Assembly: GCF_036365525.1 (NCBI RefSeq)
Contig: NW_027141646.1
Span: 558,001 to 622,000 of the forward strand
Source: Heterodontus francisci
Lineage: Eukaryota
Length of the DNA: 64,000 bases
Reading direction: 5' to 3'
Shown piece after piece: positions 37,490 to 48,144 of the stretch. Position 1 is the first letter of the stretch. The number at the start of each line of letters is the position of its first letter. Both the position numbers and the translations under genes were made by a program. Below the pieces are notes generated by a model, which did no database searches, was not told the DNA's origin, and saw only the letters and a program-made list of their open reading frames with translations.

Positions 37490-38735
37490 GTAGTCTCAGT
37501 TACAGACATAACAGGTCAGTCGTCCCATTCACAGACATAGCAAGTAAGTAGTCTCAGTTACAGGCAGGGCAATTAAGTAGTCTCAGATACAGACAGAGCA
37601 AGTAAGTAGTCTCAGTTACAGACATAACAGGTCAGTCGTCCCATTCACAGACATAGCAAGTAAGTTGTCTCTGTTACAGGCAGGGCAAGTATGTAGTCTC
37701 AGTTACAGGCAGAGCAAGTAAGTAGTCTCAGTTACAGACATAACAGGTCAGTCGTCCCATTCACAGACATAGCAAGTAAGTAGTCTCAGTTACAGACAGA
37801 GCAAGTAAGTAGTTTCAGTTCCAGGCAGACCAAGTAAGTTGTCTCAGTTACAGACACAGCAAGTAAGTAGTCTGAGTTACAGACATAACAGGTCAGTCGT
37901 CCCATTCACAGACATAGCAAGTATGTAGTCTCAGTTACAGGCAGGGCAAGTAAGTAGTCTCAGTTACAGACAGAGCAAGTAAGTAGTCTCAGTTACAGAC
38001 AGAGCAAGTAAGTAGTCTCAGTTCCAGGCAGAGCAAGTAAGTAGTCTCAGTTACAGACAGAGCAAGTAAGTAGTCTCAGTTCCAGGCAGAGCAAGTAAGT
38101 AGTCTCAGTTACAGACATAGCAAGTAAGTAGTCTCCGTTACAGGCAGACCAAGTAACTAGTCTCAGTTACAGACATAACAAGTAAGTAGTCTCAGTTACA
38201 GACATAGCAAGTAAGTAGTCTCAGTTACAGGCAGAGCAACTAAGTAGTCTCAGTTACAGGCAGGGCAAGTAAGTAGTCTCAGTTACAGACATAGCAAGTA
38301 AGTAGTCTCAGTTACAGGCAGAGCAGGTAAGTAGTCTCAGTTACAGAGATAACAGGTCTGTCGTCCCATTCACAGACACAGCAAGTAAGTAGTCTCAGAT
38401 ACAGGCAGGGCAAGTAAGTAGTCTCAGTTACAGGCAGGGCAAGTAAGTAGTCTCAGTTACAGACATAGCAAGTAAGTAGTCTCAGTTACAGGCAGAGCAG
38501 GTAAGTAGTCTCAGTTACAGAGATAACAGGTTAGTCGTCCCATTCACAGACAGAGCAAGTAAGTAGTCTCAATTACAGAGATAGCAAGTAAGTAGTCTCA
38601 GTCACAGACAGGGCAAGTAAGTGGTCCCAGTCCCAGACATAGCAAGTAAGTAGTCTCAGTTACAGGCAGAGCAAGTAAGCAGTCTCAGTCACAGCCACAG
38701 CAAGTCAGTAGTCTCTGTTATAGACATAGCAAAGA
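37490..38735 (+). repeat. 29-bp minisatellite with an interspersed ~50-bp variant
   Basis: agcaagtaagtagtctcagttacagacag units; the variant carries aacaggtcagtcgtcccattcacagacat. Confidence 0.97.
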
Positions 38736-38750
38736 AAAGAACAAAAGGTC

Positions 38751-40577
38751 TTATAAATTGTCATGTAAAAAAAGAATAGAGTCAACAGTGGAAGGCTGAA
38801 GGACAGTCCTCCACTGGTTGATTGTCCTTCCAGCTACACTGAAGTTCCTCTCCCTGATGCGACAGCTCGCCAGAATGCAAAGTATACTTCTAGCCAGCCT
38901 GGTCAATTTAGGGTATGTTACACTGTGTTCCTTCCACCAGCCCAACAGATCACGTTCGTTTTCCATCGCCGACACAGCAGGTCTCTGTGCTGTGTACTGC
39001 TGCACTTCATCATTTGTGTCTATTTCTTCATGAACATTCTCCCAGTCAGCAAATGCAGTCACTGCTTTTTTGGCAGCTGTAGGTTCATTATCAACCATTG
39101 TCGTTTCCTTCACCGGGTCTTCTGTTTTATTATTGTTGATAAGTCTGCGCACTTCGGAATAAACTTCTTCCCTATCATGGCTGGATAACATTCGCAGCTG
39201 ATTAAATTTAGGCCAGAGAAATGTCGGTATTTTGTGCTCGTCATTTATTTTAACTTTCTTGAGAAGCCACTGTCTGTTCCGTTCCCTGACAACTGCTTGT
39301 GTTGGAGTATCTGAAGACAGTGGCATACAGAGTCGTTTAATTTTCTGAAACCACGGAATTACCAGGTTCTATGTAGGATATTGGTCTCCCTCGAGTTCCC
39401 TCTGAGCTTCATAAAATGGTCGGAGGAAATCCACCAAAAACTGCAAGACATCAGGGGTGATATTTTCCAGCCTGGAGCTTTCCTCACTCTGTTCCAGTTT
39501 CTCGTGCAGCTCATGATAAATATCCTGAATTGAATTCAGTGTCAGATACACAGTACTGTACCTCCTTTCTTCCATTCGATTTAAAGTTTTAAACAACTGT
39601 GCAGCAAGACTAGACTGTATAATATATGTCAGCAAGTTTTTGGCATGATGTATAGTTTCTACAACTTCCGGAGCTTCAGAAGCTAATTCGTTTGGATCAA
39701 GTGAATGTTGAAGGACCGTGTTATATACATGGTCCTGACAATCCAGACGTTGATATGGTCCAAGAGAAAACACTATGTTAGTGCCTTGACCTATCACCCA
39801 GACTAGTTTATGTAAATTTGCTGGGTCGAATCCAAATGTATTCACGAGCAGATTTAAAATCTCCTGCCTGATGTTTCTGCCAGTTTTGACGTCCTCCAGT
39901 GGAAACATTGCTGTTGTTAAAACTTTGACATGAAGTTTAAAATCTACTGTGATGTAATGACAAGTTATCGACATATAATGGATTTTATTGTAGTCGTCCG
40001 TCCACATGTCAGTTGTCATTCCCACATTCACATCCTTCAGTATGTCAGTAATCTGAGAAATTAGTTCTTTTCTCTTTTCTTTGGCCACATCACGACACCT
40101 TCTTGAAACTGTACTTGGATTTGGGAACACACTTGATGCTGATACTTGACCGTATGTCGCTCCCATATTGATAAGCTCTTGTGCTAGCTCAACAAACCCT
40201 TCACCAGAGACAGTTTGGAAAGATCGAATATCTTTGCAACAGAAACTCACGCATTTGTCTATAATTTCTGATTTCTTGTGAGTGGGTATGTTTTTTTTTG
40301 TCCGTACAAAGGAAATTAAGTCTGACCGCCTTGGCTCTGCTGCGGGTCGAGTACATCCTTTTACAGTGTGCCGTGGCAAAGATGAATTACCTGTCTTTTT
40401 GCTGTGATATTTTAGTAGAAGTTTGCAAGATTTACATTGTACAAATCCACTTGAACTTTTACTATTGCGGAAAACAAAAACATTGAAATGTTCCCACACA
40501 GAAGATCTACGTTTTCCAGCTTCAGGACTTTCCACTGCTAAACATTCTCCAGTCGACAGCATTTGTTTTACATCCAT
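38751..40577 (-). mobile_element. Hermes/hobo-like hAT transposase pseudogene (608 codons, one in-frame TAG at 39369-39371)
   Basis: BED finger (SSVWEHF..CKSC..SSLPRH..C), TTDMWTDDY, CQDH (CxxH), YPT*NLVIPW, C-terminal WWKEH..YPKL..ERNFS..VDSILFLH; the two listed ORFs are in the same frame. Confidence 0.92.
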
Positions 40578-40604
40578 AGTGTACTGAAGTGTAAAATCAC
40601 TATG

Positions 40605-40651
40605 GACACATGTAGTCGGGGCTAGTCGTGCTTGGGTCAGGCGGCCAGGCT
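40605..40651 (-). mobile_element. Degenerate hAT-type terminus 74 bp upstream of the transposase ATG
   Basis: ggacacatgtagtcggggctagtcgtgcttgggtcaggcggccaggcttta aligns with the terminus at 41730-41783. Confidence 0.45.
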
Positions 40652-40985
40652 TTAAGTCAGATTTCTACTTCCAAGTCCTGTTGTTGAAGGGAAAACAAGC
40701 AGACACTGTTTAAAATGTGTCCTTAAACTTCTCACCCAGTCTTTAAAAAACTGCCGCATCGTTATAGTGCAGCCATCTTTTACTGCTGTTCACTGTCCAA
40801 TAACAATGAACAGTGAGACTCTGGATCTGAACCGGGAACATTCATTACAGTTTGGAGACAGAAAGCAGCAATGATTTTCAATGGTGAGTTCTTCTCATTC
40901 TGTCTCTCTCACCCTGTCCAGACACTGCCTGAGATATACCTCTCTCTTCTCCTGACTCACTCCATGTCCCAGGACCAGTACCTGC

Positions 40986-41783
40986 TAAAGGCCTGCTACT
41001 GGACCCGAACCCAACAGGACCTGACGACGTGTGTCGGGTTTGGGTCGATCACTCTTCCGGGTCGAGCTCTTGGGCTCGGTTCGGACAAACACAGTATTAA
41101 TCTGACTTGAAAGGTTGTTTAAAAAGATGAAGATTGGAGCCACGACGTCAGTGATTGTTTGGTCATGAGTTAAACAGAAACCCATGGAGTTGTGCCACAC
41201 TGTACCAGTATCTGTATTGCTTAAAATAAACACAGCGATTACCCGAAGGCTCAGTAAATATCATTATACATTATGTAGACTCCTGCTTTCCAGGTTGAAA
41301 TACTTGCTGCAAGTTTATCCAGTGAGCAGCTGAGATGCAAAGTGCAGTAATGTTCTGAGTGATTAATTATTATAAAATGATGATAAAATATACAGTATTT
41401 GTATTAAAAATATAACTTATTCACTGTCAGGACTCTAGTCTACACACACACACACAGTACCTGACCGAACCACAGTGGACCCGAACCCGACACTACCCGA
41501 CCATTCCTTTTCTTCCCTTCCTGACACTCAGCCTGCAAGAAGCTGCAGCGCATGCGTGATGAGGGCAAAGTGACGGCACCGGCTCACCGCGCAGACTCAA
41601 TTCCGACCCGGACTCCCAGCTCCGGTCGGTTTTTTTAAATTTCAAAACTGACCAGCAGAGACTGACGGAGTGTGTCCGACCCGAACCCGAGTCCGAAAGC
41701 CGGAGCCGCAAGCTGGGCCCGAGCCGAGGCGGACACATTTGCTCGGGTCCCGCTCGGGTTGGACTCGGGTATCCAGGCCTCCA
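40986..41783. mobile_element. Putative ~800-bp hAT-type MITE with imperfect ~55-bp terminal inverted repeats
   Basis: Left end taaaggcctg..acccgaaccc..tgtgtc; right end (reverse complement) tggaggcctg..acccgagtcc..tgtgtc; CGGGTC-rich subterminal regions; no TSD found. Confidence 0.5.
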
Positions 41784-41784
41784 G

Positions 41785-42070
41785 AGTACATTCCACACAG
41801 TCCCCGACTCCCGCTGAACTTCCCGCTATTCAATGTTAATCTCTGAACACATCTGCAGACTCGCTCCCAAACCTGGTGTTGCTGCTGGATGCAGATGTTG
41901 TTTGTTCACTTACTCCGGGACCCGGATGTCTCCATTCGCAGATGATTTGAACAATCTTCCGCTCACTCACTGAATGACGCTCAGAGACAGTGTTGGGTGA
42001 GGGGTGCGCATGCGCTCTTCACTTCATTATGACGTCCCAGTGGGCGGAGCTATACTGCGCTTGCGCAGAT
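41785..42070 (-). promoter_or_regulatory. CpG-rich promoter and first exon of the unknown repeated unit (copy C)
   Basis: tgcgcatgcgc, tgacgtc, gggcgg, ATG at 41935, donor gtaagt at 41913-41908. Confidence 0.6.
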
Positions 42071-44439
42071 CTCTGGAACAATTCAGCGTTCAAAACTCAA
42101 TGGGAACTTTCCCCATTTCACCGTCGTCAATGTGTGAACAATGAAACTGAACATAGGGTTAGGGTGGAGGGAGGGTGGGGAGGGGTGGAGGGAATCTATA
42201 ACCTAGAAAGCCGGGAGTTTATCCCATTTAGATGTTCAAATTGCCGTCTCTCCCTGCAGGGTGTTTGTTATTATTGAGACCCTCCTCTCAAAACAATCCG
42301 CCAGAAACATGGGAGGAAGGAGGGAGTCGGTGTGTTTGCTGGGACCTTGTAGAATTAATTTCAGTCAGCAATGGTTTGTCTAAACGGAGTGAAACCCGCG
42401 GTCAATGTGAGTAAGACCGAATGGCGATCTTCATCGTTTCATTCTAAACAAGAGACACGGAGCTGCCGCGATTATTCCGGACACACAAACACAGTGACAA
42501 TAGAGCTCATCCGAGAGTTTCAGCTCCCGGTTGTTAAATGTCCTCATGTACACAGTCTTTGCTGTGAATTTTCAGGGCTCAGTTGCCGATGTCTAGTCCT
42601 GTATCCCCTAAACACTCGGAGCCAGGAGATCTTCACACTCCATTTTGAAAGATTTATGGACAGGAATTTTTCTAAAATTAGGCTGAGTCGATCATAACCT
42701 GCTGATCAGGCACAGTATTATTGAAAGAATTAATGAGACATTCTGTTCACTACTTGGGTCTTGAACTCGATTTGAGCAGATCAACAAGTGAAAGGTTCAG
42801 CATTTTTCCAGATATAGCAGACAGAGCTGGATAGAAGGACTCTGGGTTAATCGTGCACACACAGGACAGTTTGAGTGACAGTCACACAGGGACGGGAAAT
42901 AGTCTCAATTCCGTTGCCTACTCACCCAACAAGGACAATTCGGGACTGACTGAACATCCAACTCACTATAATTCAGTACTGGAGAAAGACAGAGACTTGT
43001 CCACTCCATCTTTCCTTACTGTATCTGGGACATTATGTATTGGAAAGTGTTCCAGTGCCTCTCACTCTCAGACAACAACTGACATGTGTTCAGACAGTCA
43101 GTGCTAGTCTTTCACTTTCCATGAATAGGCGCCTCTCCAAGAACCTGTAAATCCAATATCCCGAAGCAGCTGTTCCACCCAGAACTTGGTCATGGCAGGA
43201 GAACCCCAGGAGGACAGTGGAAACACTTCAGAGATGTCCTCAAATCATCCCTCATTTGGGAAGACATTGTACATTTCAGGGATATTTGTCAGGAACATGC
43301 AAAGGCGAAGTCGAGGCAGCGAAGGCAGCACCCACACCTCCAATGCAGTCATTTACCTGACCCTTCCAGCACCACCTGTCCCTGATATGACAGAGTCTGC
43401 ATATCATGCATTGGACTTATCAACCATTTCAGAACTCATCAAACTGGAGTGGAGAAAAGTCATCCTTGATCGCGAGGGACTGTCTGAGATGGAAGAGAAT
43501 AAATATGCCAATATAATGATCAGCAATAATAATGAACTGGATAGGGAGGAGATCGAGAGCAGGGCGATAGAATAGGGAGGGGAAGTGGCCTGTGACGTTT
43601 ATATAATGTAACACATTGACAGAGATCCTGTTCTATTTGGGTAAAGACATATTCAAGATAGAAAAATGTAAACTACTCTCTCGCTGACATATTGTACCAG
43701 AGACAACCTCTCTATTATTCCAAACTCAAAACAGGGCCAGATTATGAACAAATACTGTATTTCTCACTGAACCACTTTTACCTGTTGGACTCTCTGCAGA
43801 TTCGCAGGACAAGGCCATTCAGATATATTTTCAGTAACTGAGAGATTCATTCTGATGACATTAAGCAGAGACTATCAGATGTATAACTTTCATCCCTCAA
43901 AAACTCGGATTCACTTTTGCACTTCGACGAGATCCGTTTGGACAGTTTAGGAGCCGCCCCCTCACCCCTTCCTCCGCTTTATTCCGACCATGTTCCAGTC
44001 TCAGTGTCACACACGTTACCATTAATTTGCTTTTGATCCATATAATTCAAAGGTTGTTTGCAGCGACAATCATTGAAATAATGATGATAATTATTTGTAC
44101 AAAATATCCCATATCCACCCTATCACCATGATTACAAGCAGGCAGAATCAGGGGAAGGAAAAATCTGGTAACAAAGACTATTGTTTTTGACATCACTGGT
44201 GAGTTAATAAAGGACAACCAGTACGGATTTGCTCAGGGCAAATCATGTGCCACTAACATGATTGAATTCTTGTGGTTGAAGTGACTGAAGGTAGTACAGT
44301 AATTATTGGATATATGCTCTTCCAAAGGCATTCAATCAAGTAGTGAATAATAGACTTACATGGAGAATAGAAATGCATGTTAAAATTGACACTGGTATGA
44401 GATGGTAGTTGGTTAAAGGATAGGAAGCTACTCTGTGAC

Positions 44440-44668
44440 CTTGTCTTAATTACACCTTCTCCTTTGTTATCTCTTGCCCCACCCCTGCTTTACTTGCTTA
44501 TAACCTTTGACAATTCGAATATTTGCTCGTTCTGAAGTAGGGTCACAGACCGGTAACGTTAACGTTGCTTCTCTCTCCAGAGATGCTGCCAGACCTGTTG
44601 AGTATTTACAGTATTTCTTGTTTTTATTTCAGATCTCCAGCATCCGCAGTATTTTGCTTTTATTTTAG
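44440..44668 (+). mobile_element. Penelope-like repeat fragment with a degenerate hammerhead motif
   Basis: tctgaagtagggtcacagaccggtaacgttaac..gatgctgccagacctg..ccagcatccgcagtattttgcttttatt. Confidence 0.55.
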
Positions 44669-45959
44669 AGTTTAGTAGTGAACTGATCCTTTCTGCTGAC
44701 TGGGCAGAACTATGCAGTGGGGTGACGCAGAAAACTGTACGAAGAACATTACTTCGATAGGGCCCACAATGTTGAAGTTTGAGGAGGACAAAATACACAG
44801 TAATGCATGCAAATAGTAAAGAGCTGTAAGTTTCAGGTAGATGTTACCTGAACAGAGGTGAGACAGAGAATACCCAATCCATCTCACCTTTAGATTCCTG
44901 ACCAAGATAGACCTACAAGGTACAAACTCAGGTTCTGTGATCAAGTCAGAGAGTTTATTAGGTTTAACTAATGCACAAAGTTAATAATTAACAAGGCAAT
45001 AGATATTCAGTAACACACAACACCCGTTCTTGTTTCTGTGCTTGCTGCAGCAAGGACTTCTCTCCTTCTTCATCCCTTGCTGTGTTTTCTTGACTGTATT
45101 CTATCTTCTCCTTTTAAGTACCAACGATCATTTGTTGACCCCTGTCTAAGTGTGCTGACGATGTCCTGTTAAACCCTTTCTTTTATCCTTCCTGTGGTGC
45201 AAGGATGTTACCATATTAGTTTTGAATTGTTCTAAGTGTCTTAATTGGTCCAGGTTGACATCATTGTTTGACACTAGTTAGTTCATGGTTGAATCTACAC
45301 ACATTACAGATGTTTCCCGAATCTTTCTATTTTAGCAAAGATCCTAAAGGTTACATTCTTACTGATCCCAGACATTTTTTCTTTAATTCTGCCTTTATCC
45401 CATCTCGATCCCTGCAAGGAGTGCTGGTTTCTTTCCCATTGTCCTCACACAAATGTTTAAACAAAGTATAGCCTTGAAAACACATTTCATAATAAAGCAA
45501 GCAACAGATCAAACAGACTTCAATATATTGATGTACAAAGCATATCATTAATCCTATTATTTTAGCTGTCCTTTTTTGTCACAAACGCAAAATATGTCAC
45601 GGTCCATCGCCCCCACATTGTGGATCCCCCTCCAGCTGCATGGGTTGTCTTTTTTTTCCTATGGCTCCGTGCATCTTCCACACTGATACATCTCTCAAGA
45701 TGAGATTTTAACATAGTTCAGTGAAGATCACCGTCATGCTTTACAATCCAACCTTGACATTGCAGTTTTTGCATAAATGTAAGCTATGAAAATACTCTAA
45801 ACTTTACACAGCGGTGAGCAGTGTTCAGGTGATACAGAAAATCTGGTGCGTTGGGCAGAGACAATCAGATCTATCAAAGTCTCTTGATGTTATGCTCCCA
45901 TCTATTTTACTTACAACACAACTATTATTTTGTTATTGAAAAGCTTGGATAGATGGCTT

Positions 45960-46290
45960 TGGATTGTGTTATCTCAGTAAGTGGTTGTTCTCATTCCAGT
46001 AATGTGGATTGAGTGGAGATCTGATGCAGGTATAGGTAAGTTAGACAAGGAGAACCTGTTCCCATTATTTGATGGTACAAGGACGAGGAGACACAGATTG
46101 ATGGTTTTGGGAAAGAGATGCAGGGAAATGTGAGGAAGCACTTTTTGCTTTACCTGCGTCAACTGTCTGCCCACAAGTGTGGTGGAAGCAGAGACAATCA
46201 ATGATTTCAATAGGAAATTGGAGAAACTCTTGAAGGAAAAAAACTTGCTGCAGGGCGACGCTGATCAAGCAGGAGAATGAATCTGATTGG
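45960..46290 (+). mobile_element. CR1-like LINE 3' fragment (mirror at ~48225-48525)
   Basis: gacaaggagaacctgttcccatt..ctgcccacaagtgtggtggaagcagagacaatc. Confidence 0.6.
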
Positions 46291-46388
46291 ATGATGAGAA
46301 TATTTTATCAATTTCAATTCTGTCAAGACTTTGACATTTTTTTCCTTAGTAAAACACTGCAACATGAAGTCAACCTGCAATTTAAGAG

Positions 46389-46460
46389 TGCGACGGCCGG
46401 GAATCGAACACATGTCAAACGCTTGGAAGGTAGCTATGCTCACCGCTATACCACCATCGC
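46389..46460 (-). pseudogene. tRNA-Gly(TCC) pseudogene, full 72 nt
   Basis: GCGATGGTGGTATAGCGGTGAGCATAGCTACCTTCCAAGCGTTTGACATGTGTTCGATTCCCGGCCGTCGCA; acceptor stem pairs, anticodon and T stems broken. Confidence 0.88.
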
Positions 46461-46547
46461 TTACGATACTGTCTGCTTCGGGCGTCGGTGTGATTAACAG
46501 AACGCTTTGCAATCATTTTAACTTGTACCTGAGCAATAAGTTTACGT

Positions 46548-46750
46548 TAATAAAAAGACAATACTGTGAATGCTGGAAATCTGAAATAAAAACAGAAAGT
46601 GCTGCAAATATTCTGATCAAAGGTCACTCACCTGAAACGTTAACTCTGCTTCTCTCTCCACAGATGCTGCCAGAACTGCTGAGTATTTCCAGCATTTCTT
46701 GTTTTTATTTCAGATTTCCAGCATCCGCAGTATTTTGCTTTTATTTTAGA
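46548..46750. mobile_element. Penelope-like repeat, inverted arrangement, with a degenerate hammerhead motif
   Basis: tgctggaaatctgaaataaaaacagaaa..ttctgatcaaaggtcactcacctgaaacgttaac..ttttatttcagatttccagcatccgcagtattttgc. Confidence 0.55.
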
Positions 46751-47230
46751 ATTTCGTCGTGAACTGATCCTTTTTGCTTACTCGGCAGAACTATGCAGTG
46801 GGATGTCGCAGAAAACTGTACAAAGAATAATGTTTTTATCGGGCCCACATTTTCGAAGTTTGAGGAGGACAAAATACATAGCAATGTATGCATATAGTAA
46901 AGAGCTGTAAGTTTCAGGTGGATGTTACCTGAACAGAGGTGAGACAGAGAATACCCAACACATCTCACCTTTAGATTCCTGACCAAGATAGACCTACAAG
47001 GTACAAACTCAAGTTATGTGACCAAGTCAGAGAGTTTATTAGGCTTAACTAAGATGCACAAAGTTAATACTTAACAATGGTAATAGATATTCAGTAACAC
47101 ACAACATCCGTTCTTGTTTCTGTGCTTGCTGCGGCACGGACTTCTCTCCTTCTTCTTCCTTTGCTGTGTTTTCTTGACTGTGTTCTACCTTCTCCTTCAA
47201 AGAGCTAACGATCTTCTGTTGACCCCTCTC
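46660..47230 (+). repeat. Direct duplication of ~44575-45140
   Basis: Colinear match including gaagtttgaggaggacaaaatac and caagatagacctacaaggtacaaactc. Confidence 0.9.
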
Positions 47231-47239
47231 ATTGCTGAA

Positions 47240-47868
47240 CCTGACAGATGCAGGATAAAATCAACATTCACATACCAGGAACTGACAGATACAGAGTAAA
47301 ATCAACATTCACATACCAGGAACTGACAGTTACAGAGTAAAATCAACATTCACATACCAAAAACTGACAGGTGCAGAGTAAAATATACATTCACATACCA
47401 GGAAATGACAGGTCCAGAGTAAAATCAACATTCACATACCCGGAACTGACAGGTACAGAGTAAAATCAACATTCACATACCAAAAACTGACAGGTACAGA
47501 GTAAAATCAACATTCACATACCAGGAACTGACAGGTACAGAGTAAAATCAACATTCACATACCAGGAACTGACAGGTACAGAGTAAAATCAACATTCACA
47601 TACCAGGAACTGACAGATACAGAGTAAAATCAACATTCACATACCAGAAACTGACAGGTACGGAGTAAAATCTACATTCACATACCAGGAAGTGACAGGT
47701 ACAGAGTCAAATCAACATTCACATACCAGGAACTGACAGGTACAGAGTAAAATCAACATTCACATACCAGAAGCTGACAGGTACAGAAGAAAATCAACAT
47801 TCACATACCAGGAACTGAAAGGTACTGAGTAAAATCAACATTCACATACCAGGAACTGACAGGTACAA
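47240..47868 (+). repeat. Homogeneous 41-bp minisatellite (~15 units)
   Basis: ccaggaactgacaggtacagagtaaaatcaacattcacata with period 41 (47521 to 47562). Confidence 0.98.
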
Positions 47869-48014
47869 TACAGATCGTTGGCCGGTATTTATTTTAAAGC
47901 AGGGAATTAAAAAGTGACGCAATGATCGAACTGATCCATGAACGGTCTTGTCGGAGATCTCTAAGTTACCTTCAGCTGAAATGTGAGCAGTTGGTATTCA
48001 AATAACTGCAGTAA

Positions 48015-48125
48015 ATCGATTTTTTCTGAGAGGCTGTCAGTGGATCTTAAAAGAGCCGGTGTGCATGGTGCTTTATTTTTGTACATTGTGGAGATCTGCA
48101 AGGAGCTGTTGAGCTTGGTCACCGC
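48015..48125 (-). pseudogene. H2B: Remnant 3' end of a histone H2B gene with a degenerate stem-loop
   Basis: gcggtgaccaagctcaacagctcc = AVTKLNSS (H2B ends AVTKYTSSK); stem-loop ggctcttttaagatcc at 48042-48057 then tctcagaaaaaat. Confidence 0.6.
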
Positions 48126-48144
48126 AATGTCCAATCGCAGGTCA

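Larger units (their letters stand above)
33615..45343 (-). repeat. Right arm of the large inverted duplication, with extra segments 36843-41108 and ~43020-43860
   Basis: Reverse complement of 24129-31305 apart from the extra segments. Confidence 0.9.
42480..46400 (+). repeat. Left arm of the second inverted duplication (42480-43815 and 45285-46400 match 48145-50865)
   Basis: Reverse-complement matches; the junction tagattcaacca|tccttgtcctgcg at ~49523 skips 43815-45285. Confidence 0.88.

Noticed and set aside
40578-41935. In-frame fusion of module exon 1 to the transposase
   Set aside because: Exon 1 ends in phase 1 while the acceptor at 40583 needs phase 0 to reach the transposase ATG
43186-43575. 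129-aa ORF MVMAGEPQED..ESRAIE as a gene
   Set aside because: No recognisable domain, non-ATG start, and the mirror copy at ~49760-50155 has in-frame stops; a decayed exon cannot be excluded without a database search
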